A stretch of 64,000 nucleotides of DNA from Chiloscyllium plagiosum (GCF_004010195.1 NC_057718.1:33226820-33290819); one strand, 5' to 3'. Positions 49,966 to 63,332 are shown, numbered from the stretch's first letter. A program made the numbers and translations. Notes: generated from the sequence alone by a model not told the origin.

Positions 49966-52900
49966 GTTGGCTTTGTGGAAAACCACCTCTCTCCTATTGT
50001 ATTTGAAAAACCTTATTGTCCTTTTGTTTGAACAACAAGATGGAGAAGAATGGCACAAAATGCATATTCTGTCTTTGGAACGCAGGGAAACGACACAGAT
50101 GGTTGGGTTTCAAAAGATGGAACCTGACAGAAGGTGAGATTTACCACTGATTAATTTGTAACAGTGCTGCAAACATACAAATATTTTTAAAACACATCAC
50201 AGTTTGTATGCTAAAATATTCATATAATAATAGGGAGTTATGTGGTTCTCCGATGTTCACTTGGATTTTCTATTGGGTAGAAAAAATATTTGATGTGATT
50301 TTTAAAAGATTATCCACAAGATTGTCATTGATCTGTTAACATTGCCTTCCATCCTTCATCTGTTCATCATCCATCCATTATCCTTTTAGCCAGTGGCTAT
50401 TATTGCAAGGAAGTTGAGGGAGTTTGATTAAAATGTCCCTCTCTTCCTAAATGAAAATTATGTGTGATAGCGAGCCCCACCAATCACTGGCGTAAGGATG
50501 AAGCTTTGATGTTCTACAAAAAACACGTGATTTGACTCATGGTTCAGCTTCTGGTCTGGCATGGGATTGATTTGAGTCCTTGTAATAGCTGAAGAACTCA
50601 TAGACTGGGTAAGAGGAGTTCCACATTGAATTGAAAGGGTTGAGGACTAAAGTGAATGGTGGCAGTTGGAGGAGAGTGTGTACCGGTGTAAGTATGGGAA
50701 GTTGAATGGGGTAACGTGTCTGAAGTAAGCAGGAGGTTGGATTTGGCAAGGGCTGCTGTGATTTGATGTGCTGGTTGGTATGTTGTAAATCTAAATGTTG
50801 TGGTTTTGCCTTTTCAGATTTAAAAAAAATTCATGTAACATTTTTCACATGAATGTCAATATTTGAGCACATACCACCAAGGTTATACCTTCACAGTTTG
50901 GATTTCCAGTTCCCAAACTTTGTTCTCTTTTCCTGCCATGCAAGTGAACAGATAACAAACATACCAACAGCTTGAGTTACAAAATCTATGAGATTATTTG
51001 TTCTCACATGGTAGAGGTTTATAATCAGCGTTGTTCTCAACTTGTTATTATTTTAGGGGCAGTGTCAACTTTTACGAGATTCCTGGATTGACATGTATAC
51101 CTTTTGAGTTTGCCAAGTTCATAATCGAGAGAAGCCGGGCAGGGGGGCAGGTTCCTCAGCACCACAGCTGTGTGGCCTAGTCATCTGATGATGCTTTAAT
51201 CATTTGAACTTGATTCATTTTGTGGCAGGAAGTTTTTCTCCCTGGCTGGTTGGAATTGCTCTTTGCACTATTCCCATGTACATAAAGCACCAGAAAAATA
51301 AATCACTTAAAAATGATTAATTTAAATATCAAGAATGTCAAGAACATGTCCCTAGATTGGACCTAGATATACAGTACATCTTCACCCAGTGGCATCACAT
51401 AGTTGTTCTTCGATCAAAACCTGTGAAATGCAAGAAGAAAGTCCAAGAGTAGCAAGTTCAGAGGAGAAATGATGAAAAATAATGCCACAATGCATTACAG
51501 GAAACAGGTTTAACACAATTCTTTAATTTAATGTATTTTAATATAACTCAAAAACTCCCCCCTAATGACATGCACATCATGTGGCCGAAATGCCACAATG
51601 TAAATTTTAGCTGTCCTTGCTAACTGTGTAATTTAGCTGCCTGCATGAGTTACAGGGAAAAAAAGGGACAGTTTATTCCAAGAAGTTTTGCTATTATGGA
51701 GGTTTGACTGATGCTGTTGTAACACCCCACACCTCTACCAGACTTACGTAATGTTGCTGTATATAGCCTCCTGCTCATTTGTCTCTCATCTATTTTTCTT
51801 CACATATATGTGAAATATGATGAATTTCAGGCACAGGTTCCACATTCTGTAAAATAGGAGTCATAGGAAACATGTACAGAATTAGTGTTCAAATTTGAGA
51901 AATGTTCTGAAGGTATATGGACTTTAAACATGAGAAAATGATGGTGAAATCCATGCATAGACAATCTACTTAGGTTCACTTGACCATTGCTCATAATTGT
52001 CCCAGGGCTAGACATTGGGTTCAAGCTTATGTGACTAATATTTGTCAGGCTTTGAAAGCAATCACTCATGAAGTTGTTGCACACAGGAAGTTGAATAACA
52101 ATCCAACATATTGTAGTGAACCACTTGTTATGGTTAAGAATTTTGGATTCTTAGCCACAATGTCAGAAAGAATATTGGCAGGATGCCCTTAAGTGAATTA
52201 TATGCAGTAAAACCAACTAATTTTTAAAAGTATGAAGGAAACCTGACTTCTGATGAGCTTGATTGTGGAGCCCATGTACCTTTTTTGTTTGATTTTAGCA
52301 TTCTAATTACAGAATGTCATGCACTGGGAGCACCTGTCAGTGACCTGTACACTGTCAGCAACTTTCCACCCATAAAGTGGAATAGAAGAAACTTGGAAAA
52401 TGTCTGCACAGAACGACCATCTGGAGTTAGCATGCATCATTTGCTTTAAGAAAATAACCGTCATTTTCTCCACCTTGTTTTGTATGAGTCATCCACTCTC
52501 AGTTCCCGATAATATTTCAAAATCTTAAGTCACATCTCAAATTAGCTTTTGAATATCTCAGGATATTAATTTGTATAATCCATCCTCTTGCTAAAGCATC
52601 AAGGGTTAAATTATCGTTCTGTTACACCTATGCAGCACTGCTTCAAAGGCCAATATGTTCTTTCTAACATGTATCATCCAGACTTGAATACCGTGTTTCA
52701 GGTCTAACAAGAGCTATGTATATAACTGCTATTTACGTAATGGTTCTCTAGATATTAAGTTGTATGACAACTGAATGAGGAAATTAGCAAAACAGCAATG
52801 TATAGTGTCTTGTGCCTTCTGTATCACCTTACAGCCTCTCACTCAAACTATGCTGGGAATTCTGACAATTTGTGCGGAAAAGAAAGATTGTTTAAAAAAA

Positions 52901-53523
52901 CGTTTTAAAAACAAAATACATGAAGTAGCTCTGTAATTTGTGGAACAAAAGGCATTTGGGATGATTTATGTAATTTTATGATTAAAAAAAGTATTATTTT
53001 TCATATGATCTCAATCCGTCTTTTTTTACCCTGCACTGAGATATTTAAATTAGGAACATTTTATAGTGTGTAGGATCCCTGAATCCGTCAGTGAGATTGA
53101 TGGCCAGAAAAATAGCTAAGAAAATAATTATGATGGAGTTGAAATGTCCTGGATAATATAAGATATATAGTTGAGCATGAGGTGTCAAAGAGACTTAAGA
53201 AGCCTGGCTGGTTGATATTAGATTACACAATCAGGTGGTGTGGTCTCCTGCAGTAAGCATTTCACTTTCAACTGCAGAGTGTTAGCTGTGACTCAGCTTG
53301 AGTCACAATGCTGTGGGTTCAGATCCCACTCCCAAGACCTGAGAAAATAAATAACCTGAGGTAACACTTCAGTCAATGGTTGAACTGTCGGGATGTGATG
53401 ATGCTGCCACTTTAAAAAGGTTATTTTGTCCTGGCTTTTTTTGAAGTGAGGTTATAAAGGCAGAGGTTGTAAATGGCTACAAGAGACTGCATAAATCAGC
53501 CATCAGACCAGCCCTTTAGGTTC

Positions 53524-54138
53524 TGTTGTGGACCAAGCCAGACTCCTTCAAAATATTTTAAGAAGGTAGCCAAGACCCTAACTTTTATTTTATTTTAAAG
53601 GCAGATGTTCCAAGGTGTAATGCAACTGGTCAAATCACTCAGCTTTAAGCAAAACACAATTTACTTAAACACTACAGTTGAAACACGAACAAAAGAAAAC
53701 GGAATTTAGAGTAACTTAATTATTGGAAAACTTAACCAACTTGATGCAGCAATTTAACTAATTAACTGTTCCAAAATAGTAACATCACATAAACACACCA
53801 CTGGGCAAAAAGATATATTCAAACCCAGATTCTTACAGAGAACAACATCCAGAGAGATTTGGAAGAAGTCAGTTAGGAATCTTTCACTGAAGCTTGCAAA
53901 CCTTCTGGTACTCATAAGCTTGTGATTGCTACAGCGAAAAGAAACTAGAAAAACCTGAAAGGGGTGAACTGGCTACTCTTTTCCATTGCACAACTTTAAA
54001 AAAAATTCCTAAAGGGCCCTTCTGTTTGTTGACTTATGCAGTCCCTTGCAGCCATTTCAGCACCTCTGCTTTTACAACCTCTCATTTTTTAAAAAAACCA
54101 AGACAAAATAACCTTTTTAAAGTGACAGCATTGTGTTA
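53524..54138 (-). repeat. Solo LTR related to the Gmr1-like element LTRs
   Basis: tgttgtggaccaagccagactccttcaaaat...ttaagcaaaacac...attaactgttccaa aligns with 24502 ff. and 34443 ff. Confidence 0.7.
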
Positions 54139-54199
54139 TGGATATGACACCTTTCAGATGAGAACATTAAACAGATACATTGTTTGCCCTCTGGGGTGG

Positions 54200-54860
54200 A
54201 TGTCCAAACTCTCTCAGTAAATTTGGAAGATGAACAAGGGAGTTCTCTCTGTTAGCTTGACTAATATTTATCTCTCGAGAAAACAGGTCCCGGCAATACA
54301 TCAAAGGATCCACAAGAGGATGACTCAGACTAAATTACTCCTGGGATCGCAAGCAACCATAAAGTGAGTTAATCCTGACAAACCCAAAGGTGAAAATTAG
54401 CCGTGGGATTAAAAACTTCAAATTAAAAATTTATATTGAAATCAGTTACTATCTAATGCATTCCTTTACTATTTAAAGAGGTGTCTATCTCAGCCTGAAT
54501 ATACTTAATGACCCAGCCTCAACAACCCTTTGTGGTAAAGAATTCTGTAGATTCACAACCCTGTGAGAAAATAAATTCCTCCTCATCTTTTCAATGTCTT
54601 AACATGATTGACCCATTATTGCCAGATTATGCCCTCTGGTCCTATGCTCTCCCACAAGGGGAAATGATCTTTCTGCATCTACCCTGTTATGTTCTTTAAG
54701 AATCTTATATGTTTCAATGAGATTGCATCTCATTTTTCTATATTTCAATGAGAACAGGCCCAATCTACCCAACTACCCAATTCCTCATTAGACAGTCCTT
54801 CCATACCTGGTGTCAACCTAGTGGACATTCTCTGGACTGCCTCCAACACTAATATGTCTT
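54200..54860 (-). mobile_element. Old SINE/CR1 3' relics
   Basis: The CR1-type 3' phrases ggtaaagaattc..tagattcacaaccct and aacctagtggacattctctggactgcctccaa. Confidence 0.5.
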
Positions 54861-57800
54861 TCCTAATTTAAGATATTTCAATGTCTAATCATGTGTAATT
54901 GAGTTACCATACTGACAGATTATTGCATCATGACTAATATTCAATACATATCCCTTGAATATTTTAATAGTTTTAAGCTTTTTTGTATCGAAGGTTCTGA
55001 GCAGCCAGCTTGTCCTGTAACCAGTATCATTTTTAATCTTAATTGATTAAATATTTTGATAGATTCCATTTTTTCTGTGGACTCCACATAAACATTCAGG
55101 TGTATGCACATTTAATTTAACCCTGGCAATTTGCATTAGCAATTTTGAAGTGTAAATACATATGCTCAGTAATGAAGCAGAGCAGTATGGAATAACATGG
55201 CAAGGGGCATTGCTTGTGCTAATTTTTAATCAGGGTTATAGTGAGGTTACAGTAAGGATGCAGCTTAATCTGTTCTAAATATACTTCACTGTGTAGACAT
55301 GTCATAAGCTTTTTGATTAAAATAGTATCAAAGTTCTCACTTAGGATCCTACTATATAAAATTAGCAGTTGGCTGCCCTTTAGATAAACTTAGAAGAGGA
55401 GGGAAGGGCTAATCATTTTTTGATTTTATTTATTTAATATTAAAACAAATCTTGAAATGTTACATCTGTTAAACATATTCCAGTTCATCCCCAATGTTTT
55501 GTTAATATTTCATTTGCAGTGATTGGTGCTGACAAGATTTAATGGCAAGGGTTTTGATTATTCCTACGCCTGTTATCACTAGTCTCCTTGAGCAGCTGCA
55601 CATCTTGGAATACGAAGTGAGTGAACAGAACAGCGAATAAATATAGACATATTATTTGAAATGTCTCAAATGATGCAAGTGTTTAAAGAATGAACCACGG
55701 TTCTACTTTATTGTGTATGGTTGAACGCTGATTAGAAGGTTCAAGACTCAAGATTACTTGTCAGTTGAACTTACTTGCATAGGTTGAGCAGCTTTTGGAA
55801 GGTCTCAGCTGACTCATCACATGATTCAAAGCCTTTCATCTCCGTGATTTGTGTAGTGCAGTTTTGAGCTTTATTTTTCCTAATTCAACTTTAATCATGC
55901 ATCCTGATTTTTTTTCTGGAATGACAAACTGATCTTTGAAAATGATTCTCTGTGATATAGATCAAAATCTCTTGACCTCACAGAGTAACCCTTCTCACCA
56001 ACATACACCATGGTCTCTCCAGCTACTCTGCTGAGCCTTCTCTTATGTTATGCACATTACCTTTTTCTCTTCCCTCTATTTCAAAATACTTGGTGTCCAC
56101 CACATCCTAGGCCATAACATAAGCTTCTTGAGAATTCCTCCAACTCTTTGCAGAAATATATCCTTTTGAGTATCTCCTTCAGAAAGAGGCTCTCTTTCAA
56201 GTAGATCCAAGGGGTAAAAATCTTAAAAATTGAAAAAAGCAAACCTTAAAATGTGAAGCTAATTAACTGGCTGCGTCAGGTTACGGGAAACAAAATTTCT
56301 TCAGATAGTGAAAAGGCACCTCAAACAATTAGCAGATTTTTTCAAACCCAAAGAAGCAGCAGTGAAGAAATGCAAACATAAAGCAAAGGGAATCCTCGAT
56401 ACAAGCATGTAGTTCAGGGCAAGTAATGGAATAGCTCTGTCACCTTTGTCCCTGTTTGGGTAATCGTGGCCGGTTGTCCTATGTGTGTCTCTGTTATACC
56501 ATCCATACCGCCCCCCCACCCACTGCCGAAAGAGTCCATACCACCATTCCACAAGTCCACGTATCAGACCAACAAGCAAGGAGGAATTGCCAAAACCACT
56601 CGAGCCTAGCCATCACATTAGGAAGATGAAGAAAAGAAAAAGAAAAAATATGAAAAGGAGAGAGAGAAAAAGAATGGGAGCAGCTTGGAGTGGACGGGCT
56701 CATCCAAGTATTACATGATAGCTGCAAGAGTCTGTGCAGCAGTGACATGGCTCTGCATCTAGCTCCTTTCTGACCAACATGCAGAAAGGAACGTTTCTCA
56801 TATTTGATGTCAGACTACTCACTAAAATTTAGAAATGATTGGTATCACTTTGTTAGTTCACACAATGTGGTTACATTAGTTTTAGACCACATTGATTTGT
56901 TTTCTTTTATACATTGTATCTAAGTGCAGGATATATTGTGATTGGGATGTTTATGAAGAAGCTCTGACCGTAACACTTAATAAGACATTAAGAGTTTGCT
57001 GCTTTGGCTTTCTGTGGATAAAAAGCTTTCATGAACATTGCATTTATCAAAGTGAGGTAATTTCCATTGTAAAAGGAATGGTTCTGAAAGAGTTAATGTT
57101 AAAGTTGCATTAAGCCGAATGTGATGATATCTCACGTTCCGGATAAAGATGAAGCTGTCTTGTATGAGATCCCAATGGAGACAGATGTGTCATCCCTGAT
57201 TCCTGATAATCTTTGTAATTAAGATTAAGTAACTGGTTTATTGCATGACAGCAATGTATGACTCAATAGCCTCGATTGTGGTTTATCTTCTATCGCTGCT
57301 AATTAGATAGACTCTTAGACTCCACATAGAAGTAGGATTGATGGCTGCTTTCTACTTCAATCACAAGCTGTAATCGTTGGTCCTGCAACAATTCACATGG
57401 TGGTCAGCATCGAGAATCATTGCATAAATACGTTAAAGCAATAATGGTGAAAAATTCCCTTCAATTCAGGAGAAAAGATTTGCAGAAGAAAAGTGTGTTT
57501 ACCACATTAATAACATTCCTGTGTTAAGAAGATTCTTCAAGCTAACAGTCATCAGGTAAGCAATTATCAGCACTCAAAAAGCAGCATTATGGCAAAAGCT
57601 GCACTCACAAATATAATTTCAACCTCAGAGCAGGTGAAAAGCACTGGACAAACAATATGGGCAGAAAGGGATGGACTTTGGCTCAATCTACCAACTTACT
57701 TTCTTCTATGTGTGAGCCAAGTCCTGCGTGTTCTTTTAAATGAAGCAATAGGAGAAGATATTCGGTCTCACACTCTTAATTTATTTTAAACAGTAAGTGG

Positions 57801-57977
57801 ATAAAGCATTCAGAGCTTTGGGTCTAAACCTTTTTGTCCCTGACAAACTACAAAGTGTGCCAGTTCAAAAAGTAAGACCCCGTTCTGTCCCTGACCCAGT
57901 CTTTTATACAATAAAAAACGTCATACAAACACTGAGGTAGAATTATCTTCTGATTGGCTGTTGATCTGACTCCATTC

Positions 57978-58213
57978 TCCGCCTCCTCGCCTTCCCGGAT
58001 GTCCGACCCCACGTGACCTTCTTTTGCCCGCGAAACGGAGCATCACGTGACCTCCTCGGCCCGCGAAACGGAACATCACGTTACCTCCTCGGCTCTTCCG
58101 GGGTGCGAAACGAAACGTCATGTGACCGCCCCGCACTCTTCCGGGGCGCGAAACGGAACGTCACGTGACCGCCCCGCACTCTGCCGGGGCGCGAAACAGA
58201 ACGTCACATGACC
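57978..58213. repeat. CpG-rich degenerate tandem repeat (33-43 bp units) with promoter-like motifs
   Basis: GCGAAAC at 58030, 58063, 58105, 58148 and 58191. CACGTGACC-like at 58010, 58044, 58077, 58119, 58162 and 58205. Confidence 0.85.
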
Positions 58214-60723
58214 ACCTTCTGCATGCATTACACAACGTCACCACAGGCTTCCGAATGCTGAATACATTTACACTCGCAGCCAGCCTTCTGTTTTACAAGT
58301 AAGCCATATATTTACAAAAGCAAAAAGGTAATTATGCTGAGAGTCCTTACAGAAGACACATTTCTGGCAGCAGTTTGAAGAGCAATATGTAGTTAGAAAT
58401 CCCTATGAAATGTCTAAAGTTTTAAAACACTAGCGCAAAAGACCTGTCTGAAGGATAGAAGGAAAAAGGAGTACTTACCCTTCATAAGTGAACATTGTTT
58501 TCATCGCAAGCAGGATTCATGAGGCACGGCCACTGTTGAGGGACAAAGAGGCAGAATGTAAGTTCATATCGAGGTTGTAGTATTGGAAAAGTCATAGAGC
58601 ATAACTAAAGTGTTAAAAGGCAATTTAAAATATTTTAAAGGCAGAATTTCATGGAAAAAGATGTCAGTTGGAAGAATTTTAAGGTTGTGGTAAGATCCGG
58701 ATGTTCACAATTTAAATTGTAATTTCTGTGGGAACATTTATAAGTGACTCATGCGTTGTGTTTTGGGCCGTGAAAGGTGAGAAAGCAACCGAGGAAGAAC
58801 GAAATCTCAGCCATTTAAGGTGGGAAAACCTTCATGTTGCCCACAAAAGATGAGAACCATTTTGATCCCCAAAAGAAAGTGGGAAACCCTGACTAGCAGT
58901 ACAGAGATACACCACTTCCAAAGAAGAGTAATTGGACTTGAAAGACTAGCTCTATTTCTCTCTTCATAGATGCTGCCAGACCATAACATTTCTCCAGGGC
59001 TTTCTGTTTTTATTTCAGATTTCCAGCAGCTGTGGTATTTTGCTTCTCTTTTAGTGCAGTGATATGGTGTAGCTATTTACCAGAACTTGAACTATTAAAG
59101 AAAATAAAATGCTAATTTACCACAATACAGAGTTTAAAGCTTTATTGAAATAACATATAATATCATGATAAAACAGAGCTGAAGGACGTGCAGACAAATA
59201 AAATACTGCAATGTTACTATCACACATGATTTAAATGTTTGAAGAGACCGTAAAACAAGAGAATTAAAACCACATTAATAAAGTGCAAGATTATAAGCTT
59301 AAAAGCTATCAGCATTTACCTAATGCAGAATCATTAAACCTTTGAGAAAAATAGAACAAATAGTACTGAACTATTTCACATTCAATGTTACACCAGTGCC
59401 TATTCATTTGTAAAGTGAATGTGACGACCACTATAGTTCAGAAATAGGGCGTGCCACCCCCTTTCTTACAAATGACAGTCTCTGCCATTCAACTCATCTG
59501 ATAATAAGAAGTGGGGTGGAGAAAATTCCACAAAGCGAAAAATCACAAGTAATTGGAATGTTTTGTTTTTCTTCCCTAAACAACAGCAAATATTGCTGAG
59601 GAGACTTGATGACAAGAACAGCAGTAAGATAACATATTCCATCCACTTTATCCACAAGCGGGGACACACACCCTGCCCAGATTTTAAGGCAGCATCACTG
59701 ATTCTGTGTTGATTCTGACTCTCCCCAGCCTGGACTTGCAGGCTGAGCTGCAGCTCCAGGTTGACTGCCAGGCACCTGAAGGAGCGGAAGCATCGGTGAA
59801 AGAGACGGTGGAGGACCCCGACAACTAATGATCAGTGGCAGCATCTGGACGAGCGTGGGATGGGGAAGAGGAGAGGTGAAACCCATGCATCCCTAGGCCC
59901 ATGGCTACAGCTCAAATGCAACAGTCCTGATTGTAGCAGCCTTGGACGCCAAAAGCCCAGAGCCTGTTACAGAGACCCAGGAGTCCGTTTCACAGACTCC
60001 AGCTGATGTCAAGCAGTGATTGGAGGAACAGTGAAGGAGGAACAAGAAGGAGGGAGGAAAAAAACAGTAAAATCTTGTTTTATATCCAGTGTTTCAAGTT
60101 GGGCCAATGGGTTAGGGAGAGGGATAAAGTGTTCTAACGGTTGACAAATACACAGTGAACTCTGCTAAAAAGTGCATACTGAAGGACACAGATTATAAAC
60201 AGGATCCGACTCATTTGTTATACTCATAACAGACAATTGAACATCTTGGCGGCTGTATAGATACAACTATAGAAAACGGTCAAATTGGTAAAATATCTGT
60301 TAGTTGTGACTGCCCATGAAACTATTGATTAGCAAGAGTTAGCAGCTACAGGGGACAAATGAATAAAGCAAAAGCAACAATTATCAGACAAAAGCAAAAC
60401 ATAAAAACACTTCACAGCAACATCTGATCATTTTCTTAAATGAAATGTTTTAAGTTGTGTGGATTGCCACAGTGCATATCTTAGTCTAAACAATAATGAT
60501 GTCACTGAATTAAAAACAGTTTGACAGGAACCAAAGAAATCATACAGTGCTTTTTCAAACCATTTAAAATTCAAAGGATTCTGATTGTGCATGTTAGTGC
60601 GAGTTTCAGATCAGGTTGATTTTTCATTGATTTTTACACTGATCTCAGTTCTGGTATAAACTGGTTGAAGAGTGTATTAGGGCATTTTCCAATAGACAAA
60701 ATCAATTTATTAGTAATTTTTAT

Positions 60724-61042
60724 TATTCATTCATGGGATGAGGGTGTCGCTGGCCAGTCCAGCATTTATTACCCATTTCTAATTGCTCAGAGGTCAGTCA
60801 AGCATCAAACACTTTGATGTGGGTCTGGAGTCTAGGTAAGGATGGCATTTTCCTTCCCTGAAGGACATTAGTGAATCAAATTAGCTTTTCCCCTAACAAT
60901 GGATTCATGGTCATCATTCGACTCTGAATTCCAGATATTTACTGAATCTGCCATTGCGGGATTCAAACCCAGGTCCCCAGAACATTATCTGGGTCTCTGG
61001 ATTAACAGTCCAGCAATAATACCACTAGGTCACTGCCTCCCC
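60724..61042 (-). mobile_element. tRNA-derived SINE with (TGAA)n tail
   Basis: Reverse complement of the 23068-23396 family (ggggaggcagtgacctagtgg...atccagagacccag...atgaatgaat). Confidence 0.85.
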
Positions 61043-62085
61043 ATCTATAACTTAACTTAAATACTCATAAGGTTCATTTTAGATCTACTGATGATCTGTG
61101 ATTTTGGCCTCCCCACAATTTGAGAGCGGTCAGGGAGGAGTGCAATGTAAAACAGCAGAAGTCCTGGCACATCTCACTTCCAGCCTCTCAAAAGGGACTG
61201 TGGAATTACTACACTTTCACTTTTGGACTCTCGGAGCATTATATTCTATCAACATCTGAAAGAGGCTAAGTCCCTTTCCAACAATGGGGAAAAGAGCCAG
61301 GAGTGTTCTAGCCATTGTATCACCCTCCTCCCTGCAACAAAGTACCCCCACACACAATGTTGAAAAACAACATATAGGGGTTAATACACACTGTACCATT
61401 TTAGTGTTTCAGCATACCCTATCTCAGCGTATGACATTTTTATCCCTTCTTTTATCCATTTCTTAAATTCTCAGTTATTTCAGTTTTATCTAACAAAAAT
61501 ACTAGAAGTCAGTTTCTACATTGCTTTAGTTTCCAACATTAATCCAATGAATTCACAATTAGAAATGTAATAACTACTGAAAACAGCAATTATCTAGTTG
61601 TAATGTAAGTAACACCAAAAAGCCTGGCCTGTTATCCTGTTTGAATCTTGGCTGTGTGCTCCTCATGCTAATATCAGCTGCCTAATTGCAGCATGACATG
61701 GTTAAATGGTTGATTTATTTTCAATATATTTGTTGACCTACATTTTGTCTGGCTGGCTTATTTTACAGGGTAAAAAAGTGGAGAAAAATGCATGCAGGGC
61801 ATTTTATTCTCCTATGAGATATCCTGACAAGAGTTTATTGTCAAAAACAACATTTATGTCTGCTTTTCTTAGAGGGCATACACATGGAATCAGAAATGAG
61901 CAATATCTTGAAGCATTTCTATGTGGAGTTTTAACTGAACTAATTCCGAAGTGGACCAATTTAGATATATTTGAATGATGAAAAATCTAACATTTCAAGA
62001 ATGTAAGGTTTCAATTTGAGGTCATCCTATCTTGGGGCATGGTTATATAGATATTGAAGTGTTACTCTGCATCTGCAAATTTAGG

Positions 62086-62216
62086 AGAAAGTGAGGACTG
62101 CAGATGCTGGAGATCAGAGTCGAGAGTGTGTTGCTGGAAAAGCACAGCAGTCAGACAGCATCCGAGGAGCAGGAGAATCACGTTTCGGGCATAAGCCCTT
62201 CATCAGAAATTTGTAA
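62086..62216 (-). mobile_element. Penelope-derived family A short insertion with 15 bp TSD (1 mismatch)
   Basis: TSD atctg(c/t)aaatttagg at 62071-62085 and 62217-62231. The minus strand reads CUGAUGA-A-GGGC-UUAU-GCCC-GAAACGU. Confidence 0.85.
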
Positions 62217-62424
62217 ATCTGTAAATTTAGGCAAAGGTTTGTTGATTTCTAACAGAAACCCAATCTTGTCTTACTCCAACACCCGTAATTTCCCTAGGAT
62301 TTGCTGGATAGTGATCAAAGCTGCTAATTCTGGTCCTTTTCCCTCCTACTACTATCACTGAGCCCAGTGTGCTTTCCCATTCAAATTGACTAACTCAGTA
62401 TACTTGCCAATGGAACCAAATATA

Positions 62425-62536
62425 TTTTCCATTCTATCTGTTTAGAGACGTTATTACACACTTTTGGAGCAAGTGGGACTTGAACCCGGCCAACTAGTTC
62501 TGACGTAGGGACACGAGAATTGTGCCTCAAGAGCCC
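62425..62536 (-). mobile_element. Short tRNA-derived SINE-like element
   Basis: Minus strand gggctcttgaggc...ccgggttcaagtccc (B-box); homolog at 830-939. Confidence 0.6.
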
Positions 62537-63332
62537 TGAGCCTATAGTATATATGTGATTGAACTTTTACCTGTTCACCTAGCAACTGAATAATCACAGA
62601 AGACTATCTCTTTATGATACTTAAAGGCACTTACATTTGTACTGTTTCCTTTCAATCTGCTCTGTGTAAGTGTGCCATGATTACGATGTCCTACTTACTA
62701 TTCAATGAATTATATTTAAAAGTGAAAAATAAAACAAAAACAAATATGGTTGAAGTACTTTTTTTTTCTCTGTGGCAAATAACTGCCACAGTGTTGGATT
62801 CACTAAGAGGTACCTTCAGAAACTAGTTTGAAGACTGTGCAAGCAATGGGCTTCATTCATACTTTTTCATGAAAATACCAGTAATTCTGTCATTTCATAC
62901 AAAATTGAAATGTACCTAAATTTGATGGGAAGTCTTTTGGTTCCTTTTGTGTGATTATCCTGTGTTTAAAACTAAATTTTGTAGAAGTCTTACAGCTTAA
63001 CTAAATCTCTTTATAAACTAACTAGAACTGTATGTAAAATGGTTTGTCCATTTGAATTAACTTACCCTCATACCTAATTTATAATAATTTTATTTCATTT
63101 ATAATGTATGTGTTAACTTCCTATGCGTACTCAAAACATGAATGTATTACGTTGATATCTTTTCACATCTTGTAGGTATTTTTACTGCCAAATGATATCA
63201 GCCACTCTTATCCATAGTTCATAATGTGGTATTTACCCAGATGACACTTATGATACTTTGTAGTATTTGCCACCTTTATTAGCTTGTGGTACTGGATAAA
63301 GGTTTTTTGCCGCAGATCCTCCTTTGGCTTTG

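Noticed and set aside
56301..56748. Retroviral env-like or basic-protein ORFs
   Set aside because: Only a short W/G-rich phrase and a purine-rich low-complexity tract; no supporting motif or flanking LTR.
57978..58213. CRISPR array or tandem hammerhead multimer
   Set aside because: Eukaryotic context with no unique spacers or cas genes. The units have a stem followed by GAAAC but lack the CUGANGA core.
59600..60060. MCFD2 exon (the expected downstream neighbour by mammalian synteny) or another coding exon
   Set aside because: The gatgacaagaac match is too short and the frames contain stops; no EF-hand sequence is recoverable.
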